Translations under genes and position numbers: made by a program | Notes under the pieces: model-generated | Seen by the model: only the letters and a program-made list of their open reading frames with translations | The model's database searches: none | Told to the model about the DNA's origin: nothing | Shown: positions 56,066 through 64,000 of the stretch, piece after piece | Position numbering within the stretch: position 1 is the stretch's first letter | Layout of the letters: each line of letters begins with the position of its first letter | Source: an uncultured bacterium | GTDB taxonomy: Bacteria; Verrucomicrobiota; Verrucomicrobiia; Verrucomicrobiales; DEV007 | Length of the DNA stretch: 64,000 nt | Assembly (NCBI GenBank): GCA_963977015.1 | Contig: CAXBMO010000002.1 | Coordinates: forward strand, 192,001 to 256,000 | Direction: 5' to 3'

Positions 56066-57457
56066 CTATTGAGCGCCACTCCCCCTGAGAACCACGGGAA
56101 TGGTTTTCCAAAGTATCCTCAGGTCCATCCAGAGCGACCAATTGTCGATGTATTTGAGGTCCAAAGCGACCCAGTCATCAAATTTGGTGATCTTACTGCG
56201 CCCGCTAACTTGCCAAAGGCAGGTCAAACCGGGTTTGACACTGAGGCGGCGGCGCTGAGCTGACTTTTCGATTTTCTCCACTTCGTAAATCGGCAGGGGG
56301 CGAGGTCCGACGAGACTCATTTCGCCCTTTAGGATGTTGATGAGTTGAGGCAGCTCGTCGATGCTCATTTTCCGGAGGAATTTCCCAAACGAGAAGACTC
56401 TCGGATCATCCTCCATCTTGAATGCCGGGCCATCCTGCTCGTTCTGCTGGCTCATGGCTTTTTGCTGCAGTTCCGCATCCAGGCACATCGTCCGAAACTT
56501 GTACATCATAAACGGCTTGCCGTATCTGCCCCCCCGCTCCTGCTTGAAAATGACGGGTCCGGGAGAGGCCCGGCGAATGCCGACAGCGGCGATGAGCCAA
56601 ACGGGAGAGGTCAGGATCAACAAGACGAAGGCCACAACACGATCCAGCAGATTCTTTGCGAGCAGGGCCCAATAGTCTTCCGGAGTCATTCGAAAAACGA
56701 GCATCGGCAATCCACCAAGCACATCGAATCTGGGTTTGGCGTGCTCGGTGCGAAGAAACTCGGTCGAAAGCCAGGCTTCGACACCTTCCGTTTCGCAGGC
56801 TCGGACCGCTTCCTCCACCAGCTTGAAGCGCATGTGTTCCGCAGCAAGAATCACCCGTTCCACGTTTCGTTCACGGAAGAGTTCGGCCAATCGCTCCGCG
56901 GGTTTTTCCTCCAGATCCACCCGGCCCACCACGTCCATTTGATCGCGGCTGATTTCGGGAAGTTGATTCCAGACCGCATCAACATCACCATCTGATCCCG
57001 CCAAAACCACTCGAATCCGCAAATTCCCGAGTTGAACCTGCCGACGCATCCACGCTTTGAGCAACGCCTCCTTCATGAGAAGCAGAGCGGCGGAAATGGA
57101 CGCGAAGAGAAGCAACACGGCTCGGCTGTCAGCCACCCACTTGAAGAATATGATGCATCCGCCGACCACCAATCCCATCCAAACTCCGCTCTGGATCAGC
57201 TGGCGAAGCGAATCGGATGGTTTCTTCTGAAGCGGGTGATTGTAAAAACCGTGCAGCTCGAGCACGACCGGGGTAAAAGGAACCACGATTGCGATGACCC
57301 AGAGAAATTCGTGGAAGGGCCGAATGGGTTGGGTAATTTCGAACCAACCCGTCGCGTGCCAGCGGATGGAATGGCTAATCGCAAACGCACAAAAAAGAAG
57401 CAAGCTGTCCAAGAGCTGATGCAATTGCAGATTGAATTCCTGGCGTCGACCTAGCAT
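56066..57457 (-). CDS. Polyprenyl-phosphate sugar phosphotransferase (WcaJ-like)
   Basis: N-terminal TM helices; YKFRTM, SIDELPQLINILKGEMSLVGPRP and KPGLTCLWQVSGR. Confidence 0.93.
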   Translation of the reverse strand: MLGRRQEFNLQLHQLLDSLLLFCAFAISHSIRWHATGWFEITQPIRPFHEFLWVIAIVVPFTPVVLELHGFYNHPLQKKPSDSLRQLIQSGVWMGLVVGGCIIFFKWVADSRAVLLLFASISAALLLMKEALLKAWMRRQVQLGNLRIRVVLAGSDGDVDAVWNQLPEISRDQMDVVGRVDLEEKPAERLAELFRERNVERVILAAEHMRFKLVEEAVRACETEGVEAWLSTEFLRTEHAKPRFDVLGGLPMLVFRMTPEDYWALLAKNLLDRVVAFVLLILTSPVWLIAAVGIRRASPGPVIFKQERGGRYGKPFMMYKFRTMCLDAELQQKAMSQQNEQDGPAFKMEDDPRVFSFGKFLRKMSIDELPQLINILKGEMSLVGPRPLPIYEVEKIEKSAQRRRLSVKPGLTCLWQVSGRSKITKFDDWVALDLKYIDNWSLWMDLRILWKTIPVVLRGSGAQ

Positions 57458-57524
57458 GAAAAATTCCCGATGTATTTCGGGTATATTAAATAAATCCTCT
57501 ATTCTTGTTTTTACAATTTTTATT

Positions 57525-58208
57525 ATGTTTTCAATCCAGCCATCAGGAAATGTGGTCGCAACCATCACGACCAGCGAAGATCTGGAGATTTTGGCAACCG
57601 GGCAGCTTCCCTCCGGCATCGACGTGTTGGAGTTTCGTCTGGACAATTTGTTTGCGGATCTGGATGCCGCGGAAGAGATCGCCAAGAACTGCGAATTACC
57701 GATTCTGATCACGGCCCGAAATCCGAATGAAGGCGGCGTAAACGATTTGTCGGAGCCCCAGCGCTTGGAACTGCTGCAGCGATTCCTGCCCTGCGCCAAA
57801 CTGATCGATGTTGAAATTCAAACGCTTCAAGCGTCAGAACCAGCTCGAAACCTGGTTCAGGCTGCCCGGAAATCCGGAATCATCGCGGTGGGCTCGTTTC
57901 ATGACTTTGAGAAGACGCCTCCCCTTCCCGTTATTCAGGAGACCTTGCGAAAAGGACGCGATTTGGGCGTCGACGTCTCCAAGCTTGCTCTCTTCCTCGA
58001 CAAGATGGGAGACCTGTTCGAGCTCGCTGCAATCGTCGAACAGAGTCCCGCCCCGGTCAGCGCGATGGGGATGGGGCCTCTGGGCAAACTCTCGCGCTTG
58101 GTATTGGCAAAAGCGGGTTCGTGCCTAAATTACGGTTACTTTCGCAATCCGAATGCTCCAGGCCAGTGGTCAGCCGAGGATCTGAAGCGGCTGATTGACG
58201 ATCTTTAG
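57525..58208 (+). CDS. aroD: Type I 3-dehydroquinate dehydratase
   Basis: DVLEFRLD, ITARNPNEGG, IDVE, SFHDFEKTP, MGMGPLGKLSR and APGQ. Confidence 0.92.
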   Translation: MFSIQPSGNVVATITTSEDLEILATGQLPSGIDVLEFRLDNLFADLDAAEEIAKNCELPILITARNPNEGGVNDLSEPQRLELLQRFLPCAKLIDVEIQTLQASEPARNLVQAARKSGIIAVGSFHDFEKTPPLPVIQETLRKGRDLGVDVSKLALFLDKMGDLFELAAIVEQSPAPVSAMGMGPLGKLSRLVLAKAGSCLNYGYFRNPNAPGQWSAEDLKRLIDDL

Positions 58209-58214
58209 GAGCAA

Positions 58215-58484
58215 TCAGTCCTTCAACTCCTGCTCCAGCCTCTCGCTCAACCATTGCTTCATCATGCTCTGGTAGTTCAAGTAGCGGGAACGGGCAATCC
58301 GCTTGATCCTTGCGAGCATTCGCGGATCAAAGCGAAGCGTAATCGTCGTCGACTCACGAACTGTTTGCTTGTGCACCGCCGTGTTCATGAGCCGGGTGTC
58401 GAGCGAGTGCTCGCTCCAGTAGGAAGCTTCGTCGGTTTCCTCGTCAAATTCGGGAATTTCTTCCCAATGTTCCAAAACTTTCAT
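58215..58484 (-). CDS. BrnA/CopG-like antitoxin (ribbon-helix-helix)
   Basis: EIPEFDEETDEASYW...TITLRFD...YQSMMKQWLSERL. Confidence 0.85.
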   Translation of the reverse strand: MKVLEHWEEIPEFDEETDEASYWSEHSLDTRLMNTAVHKQTVRESTTITLRFDPRMLARIKRIARSRYLNYQSMMKQWLSERLEQELKD

Positions 58485-58762
58485 TACTGCATCTCCGCGT
58501 TTTTACGCTCGTAGAAGTTAAGTTCCGTTTCCGTCATTTCCCGGGAAAAGATGACCCGATAGTGTTTCCCGTCGGTCCAGAACACACTGAAAATCGGGCG
58601 ATTACCGAGCGTTTTCCCCAGGCAGAAATAACGGGCGTCACGGGCATCGTCAGCAAATTCCGGCAACAACCGAATCGAGAAGGGATCCTCGAAGGATTCT
58701 TCAATATCTCGCTCGGTGATTTCACTGAGGTCAAATGGGAGGTCTAGCCAATCAAATTCCAT
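58484..58762 (-). CDS. BrnT-like toxin
   Basis: MEFDW, FEDP, RYFCLGKT and RVIFSREMTETE..FY; 1-nt overlap with the antitoxin gene. Confidence 0.8.
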   Translation of the reverse strand: MEFDWLDLPFDLSEITERDIEESFEDPFSIRLLPEFADDARDARYFCLGKTLGNRPIFSVFWTDGKHYRVIFSREMTETELNFYERKNAEMQ

Positions 58763-58846
58763 TTCGGAAGTCTAAGAAATCTCGGTTTCCAAGCGGTTTC
58801 TCTAACTATCCGGGCGATCAGCCCCGAAAGCAAGTGATCCTCCTTC

Positions 58847-59587
58847 TCAACGCCCAGAAGAAAAGAATCCGACCAGAATTTTCGGCAAGGTCGAAAATCC
58901 TGAGGACAGAAACCCGGCAGCCACCGCGAAACCGGTCAGCACCAGGGTGGAGAGCGTGACGACGATCACTCCGACGTGGGACAGAAACGTGGGCTTCTCA
59001 AACTCAAGATCGATTTTCTCCAATGCCGGGTCCCAGGGATTGAAGAAAATCCCCTGATTGAGGGACGCAAAAACAACAATCAACCCGAGAAATACCAAGT
59101 GTCCGCGTCCCTTTGCCCGGTGCCACTCATTCAATGTGTGATGAGCCGTTCCGGCGATAAAGGCGACAGCCAGCGCTCCAATCACGGCAATCAGGGCCCG
59201 CTCCCAATGAATCACCTCGGCGTAGCGGGAGTTCGTTAATCCGAGCAGATAAAAACCAGCAACATAGCCGGCAAACAGCAGGAACAGCGTCGTATAGCGA
59301 ATCACCGTGATCCGCTGGCGCTTGCCTTGATGCACTTTCAGATTTGAGGCCGCTGAAAGCTCGTTTGCCCCAGCTTGCTCTTTGGCGATCTCTCCACTGA
59401 CTTCGGGATACTTTGAAATAATCAGCAACCGCTCCTTCACGAACTCCTCATCCGAAACTTTACCGGCCTTGTGGGCAGTCTCCAGCTTTTGAAGCTGAAA
59501 CGCCATGTATTCACCCAATTCGGGGGTGTAGGAGCCTGGAGCTTCCACGAGAGATGTCATTTCTTCAGAGATGCCTGAAATTCCCAA
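58847..59587 (-). CDS. Membrane protein with SHOCT-like N-terminal motif (start may be 59560)
   Basis: LQKLETAHKAGKVSDEEFVKERLLI followed by 4 TM helices. Confidence 0.65.
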   Translation of the reverse strand: MGISGISEEMTSLVEAPGSYTPELGEYMAFQLQKLETAHKAGKVSDEEFVKERLLIISKYPEVSGEIAKEQAGANELSAASNLKVHQGKRQRITVIRYTTLFLLFAGYVAGFYLLGLTNSRYAEVIHWERALIAVIGALAVAFIAGTAHHTLNEWHRAKGRGHLVFLGLIVVFASLNQGIFFNPWDPALEKIDLEFEKPTFLSHVGVIVVTLSTLVLTGFAVAAGFLSSGFSTLPKILVGFFSSGR

Positions 59588-59637
59588 AACTCACCGACCT
59601 CGGCAAGCCTAATTCCACATCAATCAGAGCACAATTC

Positions 59638-61407
59638 TTACTCAATCGTTGTCAGGGAACCGCCAGTCTCGTCGGCAATGAACTGGAGGTTTTCAGTGGC
59701 CCAATCATCCAACTCCAAACCGATGGCATCGACCTTGATCCCAAGACTCACGAGCGTTTCCAACTCACCATGCCATGAAGTCGCGTGATTTGGGCGTCCA
59801 TCCGAAAGGAAAATCACTTGGTCGGGAAGTGGCGAATACTGCGTCGGCAAACTCAGTCCAGCATCGTAATTGGTTCCACGATCGTTGTTCAAGAGCTCCA
59901 GAGCGTCGATCATCATCTGTTTGTTAACGCTGGTGGCCGGTTTGAGTTCACCCCCAAACCCCATCCAGTGATATCCGGCATCAAACATGGCGACTCCAAA
60001 TTCCACATTGCTGGGCAAATTCCCAATCGTCTCCATCAGGTGCTGCTTGACGGTTTCATAACGTGAGTAGCCGGAATCGAGAAACTCATTGTTCATCGAA
60101 CCCGAAGCATCAACCACGAACAGAAGCCGTTCATCGGTGATCGGCACATCAAAGAAATCCGCCGTTGTCGCGGCATTGGCAAAAGGGCTGTCGGTCCAGC
60201 GCAATGAGTCTTCCGATTTGGCAAACGCCTGAATATCAAATCCATCCGGAAAACTGGAAGATGCGAGGGTGATTGGACCGGAATACTCCGTATAAAGTTC
60301 GACTGCCGGGAAATCTCCCGAAGGAATCTTCACCGTGTAAAAAAGCTGAGATGAACCGGTTGGATTCGGATTCACCAAGGTGACGTCAATCGTCTCCGTC
60401 TCGCTATCAAACGTGGTTGCACTAAGCTCAATTTCCGGAGGCAGGAGTTGATCCGCACCAGCGGCATAGGATTCAATCGCAGTCGTACTGCGATTCCAAA
60501 AGGCGGGATTCCCGTCGACATAGGCGCTAACATAACTGTTGGGACCAACTGAAACAGAACCAGTATAGGTTTGGAAAGTGCCTCCATTCATGGAAACCAT
60601 GATCCAGCTGTCTTCCGGTGGATTCGGATTCGCGAGGGTGACCTGAAGATCAAACGAACTGTAAGGAAACTGGCCTCCCGCCGGCGAAAAGATGGGTGGT
60701 TGCAACTCGGCTGGAGGGTCATTCCCCGTTCCATATCCGTCTTCGCCGTCACTTCCGCCCGAACCGCTGGCAGCAGATCCTGCGCCGCTGCCACCGCCAG
60801 ACGCAGCTCCACTTCCACTTGCCGTCAAGGGAACCTCCGTTGGATTGGGACCTCCCAACGGATCAGAATCCTGGTGGTTCCAAATCCAGCCATCTCCCGT
60901 ATTCAAGGCAATGGCAGAACCGGTTCGTTCCTCCGAACCAAAATCCACCGTCGCCAAGTTGGAGTTCAAATAAAAGTCGTGAACTCCTGCTCCCGAGGTC
61001 GAGATCACAAATTGCTTCTTCGCCAAATCCCAGATTGCCCGGCGTTGATCCGAAGAAACCTGCTCCGCAGTTTGGAGACGAGCCGCCAGACGTTTGTCAA
61101 TCATCGAGCCTCGCAGGCCAGCATATTCCTTTGCGTTGTTGCCCGACCGCACCGTCTTCAGCTTATCGAGAACCGCTTGAGGGCTATTGACTCCATCGAG
61201 ACTACCCCCGCTCGAAAGGTAAACTTTGATGGCTTGATTGATTTCGAGCACATCGGTCTCCAGTTTGGACGCCGAAGTGCCGTTGACGACAATCGAGTAG
61301 GAGGGAATGGCAATCGCTGCGATGATCGCGATTACGGCAACAGTTACCAGCACTTCAACCATGCTGATCGCGGAGTCTTTCGGACAAAAACGCAGAACTG
61401 ATTTCAT
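59638..61407 (-). CDS. Type IV pilin-like protein with Ig/Fn3-like domains and C-terminal vWA domain
   Basis: Class III signal KDSA|ISMVEVLVTVAVIAIIAAIAIP; Gly/Ser linker; two LxPPxx..V.L.NPNP repeats; MIDAS VVDASGSM...FLSDG. Confidence 0.85.
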   Translation of the reverse strand: MKSVLRFCPKDSAISMVEVLVTVAVIAIIAAIAIPSYSIVVNGTSASKLETDVLEINQAIKVYLSSGGSLDGVNSPQAVLDKLKTVRSGNNAKEYAGLRGSMIDKRLAARLQTAEQVSSDQRRAIWDLAKKQFVISTSGAGVHDFYLNSNLATVDFGSEERTGSAIALNTGDGWIWNHQDSDPLGGPNPTEVPLTASGSGAASGGGSGAGSAASGSGGSDGEDGYGTGNDPPAELQPPIFSPAGGQFPYSSFDLQVTLANPNPPEDSWIMVSMNGGTFQTYTGSVSVGPNSYVSAYVDGNPAFWNRSTTAIESYAAGADQLLPPEIELSATTFDSETETIDVTLVNPNPTGSSQLFYTVKIPSGDFPAVELYTEYSGPITLASSSFPDGFDIQAFAKSEDSLRWTDSPFANAATTADFFDVPITDERLLFVVDASGSMNNEFLDSGYSRYETVKQHLMETIGNLPSNVEFGVAMFDAGYHWMGFGGELKPATSVNKQMMIDALELLNNDRGTNYDAGLSLPTQYSPLPDQVIFLSDGRPNHATSWHGELETLVSLGIKVDAIGLELDDWATENLQFIADETGGSLTTIE

Positions 61408-61536
61408 ATTTTCTATAAAATCAATGTTTTCCAATAATAAGCAACCAAATACTGCACAGCTGAAGGCTCTCCAGCTTCAAGCCTGTCTCACCAAATCCCA
61501 AGTTGACCTACAAACCGCCCAAGCCAAGTTTCTCCC

Positions 61537-62661
61537 ATGAATTTAACCACGACAGCTTTTGGAACTTGGAGCGGCGGACGCTTCATGCATTTTGGGGAAC
61601 AACTGGAAGAAGAGCGGATCGAAAAGCTGGTGCAGCAGAGCTGGGAACTTGGCGTGCGCACCTTCGCCACATCGGATGTCTATGGAGTTGGCCGCGCAGA
61701 CGAACTTCTCGGACGCGCCCTGAAGGGAATCGATCGCAGCAGCTACTGCATCGCAGCAATGCTCGGCCACGATATTTACGACGGGGTTCGCCAAGGTTCA
61801 AAAGGTTACCCACGGTTCACCGATCCTGAGCTCCGCGGCGAGGATGGCTATGAAGCCTATCTCAAAAAAGCCGCCGAAAAGAGCCTTGAGCGCTGCCAGA
61901 CGGACTACTTTGATTTGGTAATGCTCCACAACCCTGATTCGACTGGCTACACAAGCCCGGCGGTATGGGATGCGATGGACGCGTTGAAGAGTTCCAAACT
62001 GACAGAGATGATCGGGATTGCTCCGGGACCGGCAAACGGCTTCGTTCTGGACCTGATCGACTGCTTCGAAAAATTTGGCGACCGAATCGATTGGGCGATG
62101 CTGATTCTAAATCCCCTTGAGCCTTGGCCGCAATGCCACGTGCTGCCGACTGCGGAAAGGCAAGGCATTGATGTCATCACCCGCGTGGTCGACTACGGTG
62201 GAATGTTTCACGATGTGATGCGCCCCGGACACCAGTTCAAGGACGGGGATCACCGCGCCTATCGCCCCGCGGGCTGGGTGGATGCCGCGAGCGAGAAGAT
62301 TGAGAAGTTTCGCGCCATCGGCGAACGCCATGGCCTCACCCTTCTGCAGTTGGCCTGCCAGTGGAACCTCGCTCAACCGGCAGTGAAGTCCGTAGTTCCA
62401 ACCTTGATTCAGGAAGCTCATGAGGGTGCAAAATCGGTGGAAGAGGAATTGGTGGAACTGTCCAAAGTTACCGGTGAAGTGGTGCTGTCAGCCGCCGAAA
62501 TTGCAGAGATCCAACAAATTGGAGACAACACCGGCTGCATGGCGTTGAAAGGAGCGAGCGAACGCTACGCAGAACTGGAAGCGCCCTTGCCTGACCAATG
62601 GCCCGTTCGCCCGGAATTGCTGGAAGTCGCATCTCGATTCCAGATTAATCCAGCTTGGTAG
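61537..62661 (+). CDS. Aldo/keto reductase
   Basis: FGTW, DVYG, SLERCQTDYFDLVMLHNP and LACQWNL. Confidence 0.9.
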   Translation: MNLTTTAFGTWSGGRFMHFGEQLEEERIEKLVQQSWELGVRTFATSDVYGVGRADELLGRALKGIDRSSYCIAAMLGHDIYDGVRQGSKGYPRFTDPELRGEDGYEAYLKKAAEKSLERCQTDYFDLVMLHNPDSTGYTSPAVWDAMDALKSSKLTEMIGIAPGPANGFVLDLIDCFEKFGDRIDWAMLILNPLEPWPQCHVLPTAERQGIDVITRVVDYGGMFHDVMRPGHQFKDGDHRAYRPAGWVDAASEKIEKFRAIGERHGLTLLQLACQWNLAQPAVKSVVPTLIQEAHEGAKSVEEELVELSKVTGEVVLSAAEIAEIQQIGDNTGCMALKGASERYAELEAPLPDQWPVRPELLEVASRFQINPAW

Positions 62662-62673
62662 CAGAACCGATTC

Positions 62674-62700
62674 TTGACTTTGAAACTCTAGCTTTATAAT
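62674..62700 (+). promoter_or_regulatory. Candidate sigma70 promoter for the small lipoprotein
   Basis: TTGACT (62674-62679), 15-nt spacer (short), TATAAT (62695-62700); 9 nt before the ATG. Confidence 0.45.
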
Positions 62701-62709
62701 CAAACTATC

Positions 62710-62895
62710 ATGAAGCCAACTCTCTTACTCACTCTCATTGCCATCGGCTTGGCCGGTTGTGCTGCCCCCCCTGACTCAGAAGACGGATCAACCGGCCAAA
62801 GCTCCGACAATGCTGGTTTCATCTCTGGCGGAGGCTTTTCCAAGGAAAGCGATCCCATCAGCAAACACCAGGAATACATCGGTCAGGGATACTGA
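62710..62895 (+). CDS. Small lipoprotein
   Basis: MKPTLLLTLIAIGLAGC is a canonical lipobox. Confidence 0.8.
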   Translation: MKPTLLLTLIAIGLAGCAAPPDSEDGSTGQSSDNAGFISGGGFSKESDPISKHQEYIGQGY

Positions 62896-63101
62896 TTCTC
62901 CGCCCCTTCCCGGCGCAAGGTAACGTGGGAATGGTCAATGGAGGACGTGAACTTTTGAAGTTCGTCGGGATTGAGTTTGAGTGCCGCCGGGCTCGCTTGA
63001 CTCCCGATTCGCGCCTTCAGAAAATGGGCAGCCCAGACGCTTGCCGCCAGGGTCAGGACCAGCCCTACGCCGAGGAGAAAGTAGACAATTGATCGTATCA
63101 T
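62883..63101 (-). CDS. Small single-TM hypothetical protein
   Basis: MIRSIVYFLLGVGLVLTLAASVWAAHFLK...; the 3' part of the longer listed ORF that does not overlap the App1 gene. Confidence 0.5.
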   Translation of the reverse strand: MIRSIVYFLLGVGLVLTLAASVWAAHFLKARIGSQASPAALKLNPDELQKFTSSIDHSHVTLRREGAENQYP

Positions 63102-63218
63102 GATGACGATCTTGTCCCCGGCACATGAACTCAGGATGAAGTCCGGGTGAAATTGCGTCGAAAAGTCGGCAAGACAAGCATTGCATCCCCATGAGCCTTC
63201 GCCCATGGTGCCCGCCCC

Positions 63219-64000
63219 ATGCGTCCAATCTTGGAAGTCATTGAGCTGCTTGTCGACCAAATAAAAAGTCGGTTGCGTCACCGGTATGCAATCAACCGAC
63301 TGCAAATCATGGCCTACCCGGGTTTCTGCAATGACACGGAGGCGTTTGTCCGGGGCCGAATTCTCGTCGGAAAAGACATCGAGCTTGGGGGCAAGGATCA
63401 CGGGGCATGGCGTAATTTCGGAAACATGCTCAAGCGGTTCCTCAGTGCGGAGATTCCTCACGCCGTAATCGAGGTGAGCTGGCAGGGCCAGACCAAACGG
63501 ATTACCTGCAATCACGAGGGGTTTTTCTTTGAGCGGCTGCCGATCAATCCCGCTGATGAGCTGGATGTTCACATTCGGACGATTGAGCCAAAGACCGAAG
63601 AACCCGTGGAACTGGTCGAAAAAATCTTCCCGCCCGCTCCAACGGCTGACTTGGTCGTAATCAGCGACATCGACGACACGGTGTTGCTGACCATGGCGAG
63701 CCGAGCCGCACGAATGGTTCTGCTGACCTTATTTGGAAACGCCCACACCCGAAAAATGTTTGTCGGAGTTTCGGATTGGTATCGCGCTCTCCAGCGTGGC
63801 CATGACGGCAAGCGGAACAATCTGTTCTTCTATGTCTCAACCAGCCCATGGAACCTTTACGACTTTCTCGACGAATTTCTTGAGGTGAACGAAATTCCTC
63901 GTGGCCCCCTGTTCCTGAAGGATCATGGTTTGGAGGGGGGGCGCATCACGATCAGCGATCACCGCACCCATAAAATTAATGCGATCGAAAAGCTCTTGGA
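63219..64000 (+). CDS. App1 / DUF2183 phosphatidate-phosphatase-like protein; partial, runs off the window
   Basis: Manually translated (absent from the ORF track): MRPILEVIELL...AYPGF...VRGRIL...VISDIDDTV...FYVSTSPWNLY...PRGPLFLKD. Confidence 0.88.
   Translation, partial: MRPILEVIELLVDQIKSRLRHRYAINRLQIMAYPGFCNDTEAFVRGRILVGKDIELGGKDHGAWRNFGNMLKRFLSAEIPHAVIEVSWQGQTKRITCNHEGFFFERLPINPADELDVHIRTIEPKTEEPVELVEKIFPPAPTADLVVISDIDDTVLLTMASRAARMVLLTLFGNAHTRKMFVGVSDWYRALQRGHDGKRNNLFFYVSTSPWNLYDFLDEFLEVNEIPRGPLFLKDHGLEGGRITISDHRTHKINAIEKLL

Noticed and set aside
57458-57799. N-terminal extension of the sugar transferase ORF (577 aa)
   Set aside because: It overlaps aroD on the opposite strand and crosses an AT-rich divergent spacer. 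The start at 57457 fits better.
60740-60825. Low-complexity GC-rich repeat
   Set aside because: It encodes the Gly/Ser linker of the pilin-vWA protein and is not a DNA-level repeat element.
63102-63572. 5' part of the 229-aa minus-strand ORF
   Set aside because: It is mostly antisense to the App1/DUF2183 gene starting at 63219 on the plus strand.
1-64000. CRISPR array, IS elements, intI gene
   Set aside because: No regularly spaced repeats and no transposase or tyrosine-recombinase motifs among the ORFs.

Overview
A 64-kb chromosomal segment of a moderately GC-rich bacterium. The gene content (sulfatase, PQQ-like beta-propeller, PEGA/FGE protein, TPR-multiheme cytochrome, M60 peptidases) suggests Verrucomicrobiota/PVC; this is an inference. 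It holds about 50 densely packed CDSs. Housekeeping genes are rplM-rpsI, fhs, fabF, fabV, korAB, aroD and tRNA-Leu(CAG). Other content includes a probable glucosylglycerate/mannosylglucosylglycerate compatible-solute operon at the left edge, tandem M60 peptidases, a peptidoglycan-remodelling group, arsS, a split sugar ABC system, a two-component pair, an atypical BrnT/BrnA pair and a giant pilin-vWA adhesin. No integrase, transposase, phage gene or CRISPR array was seen. The most striking feature is non-coding architecture at 27278-28187. A single apparently promoterless gene with a canonical-spacing 60-bp attC site (an integron cassette) sits at the tip of a ~92-bp palindromic element. Removing the 818-bp cassette in silico restores both a perfectly paired attC core and an intact long hairpin.
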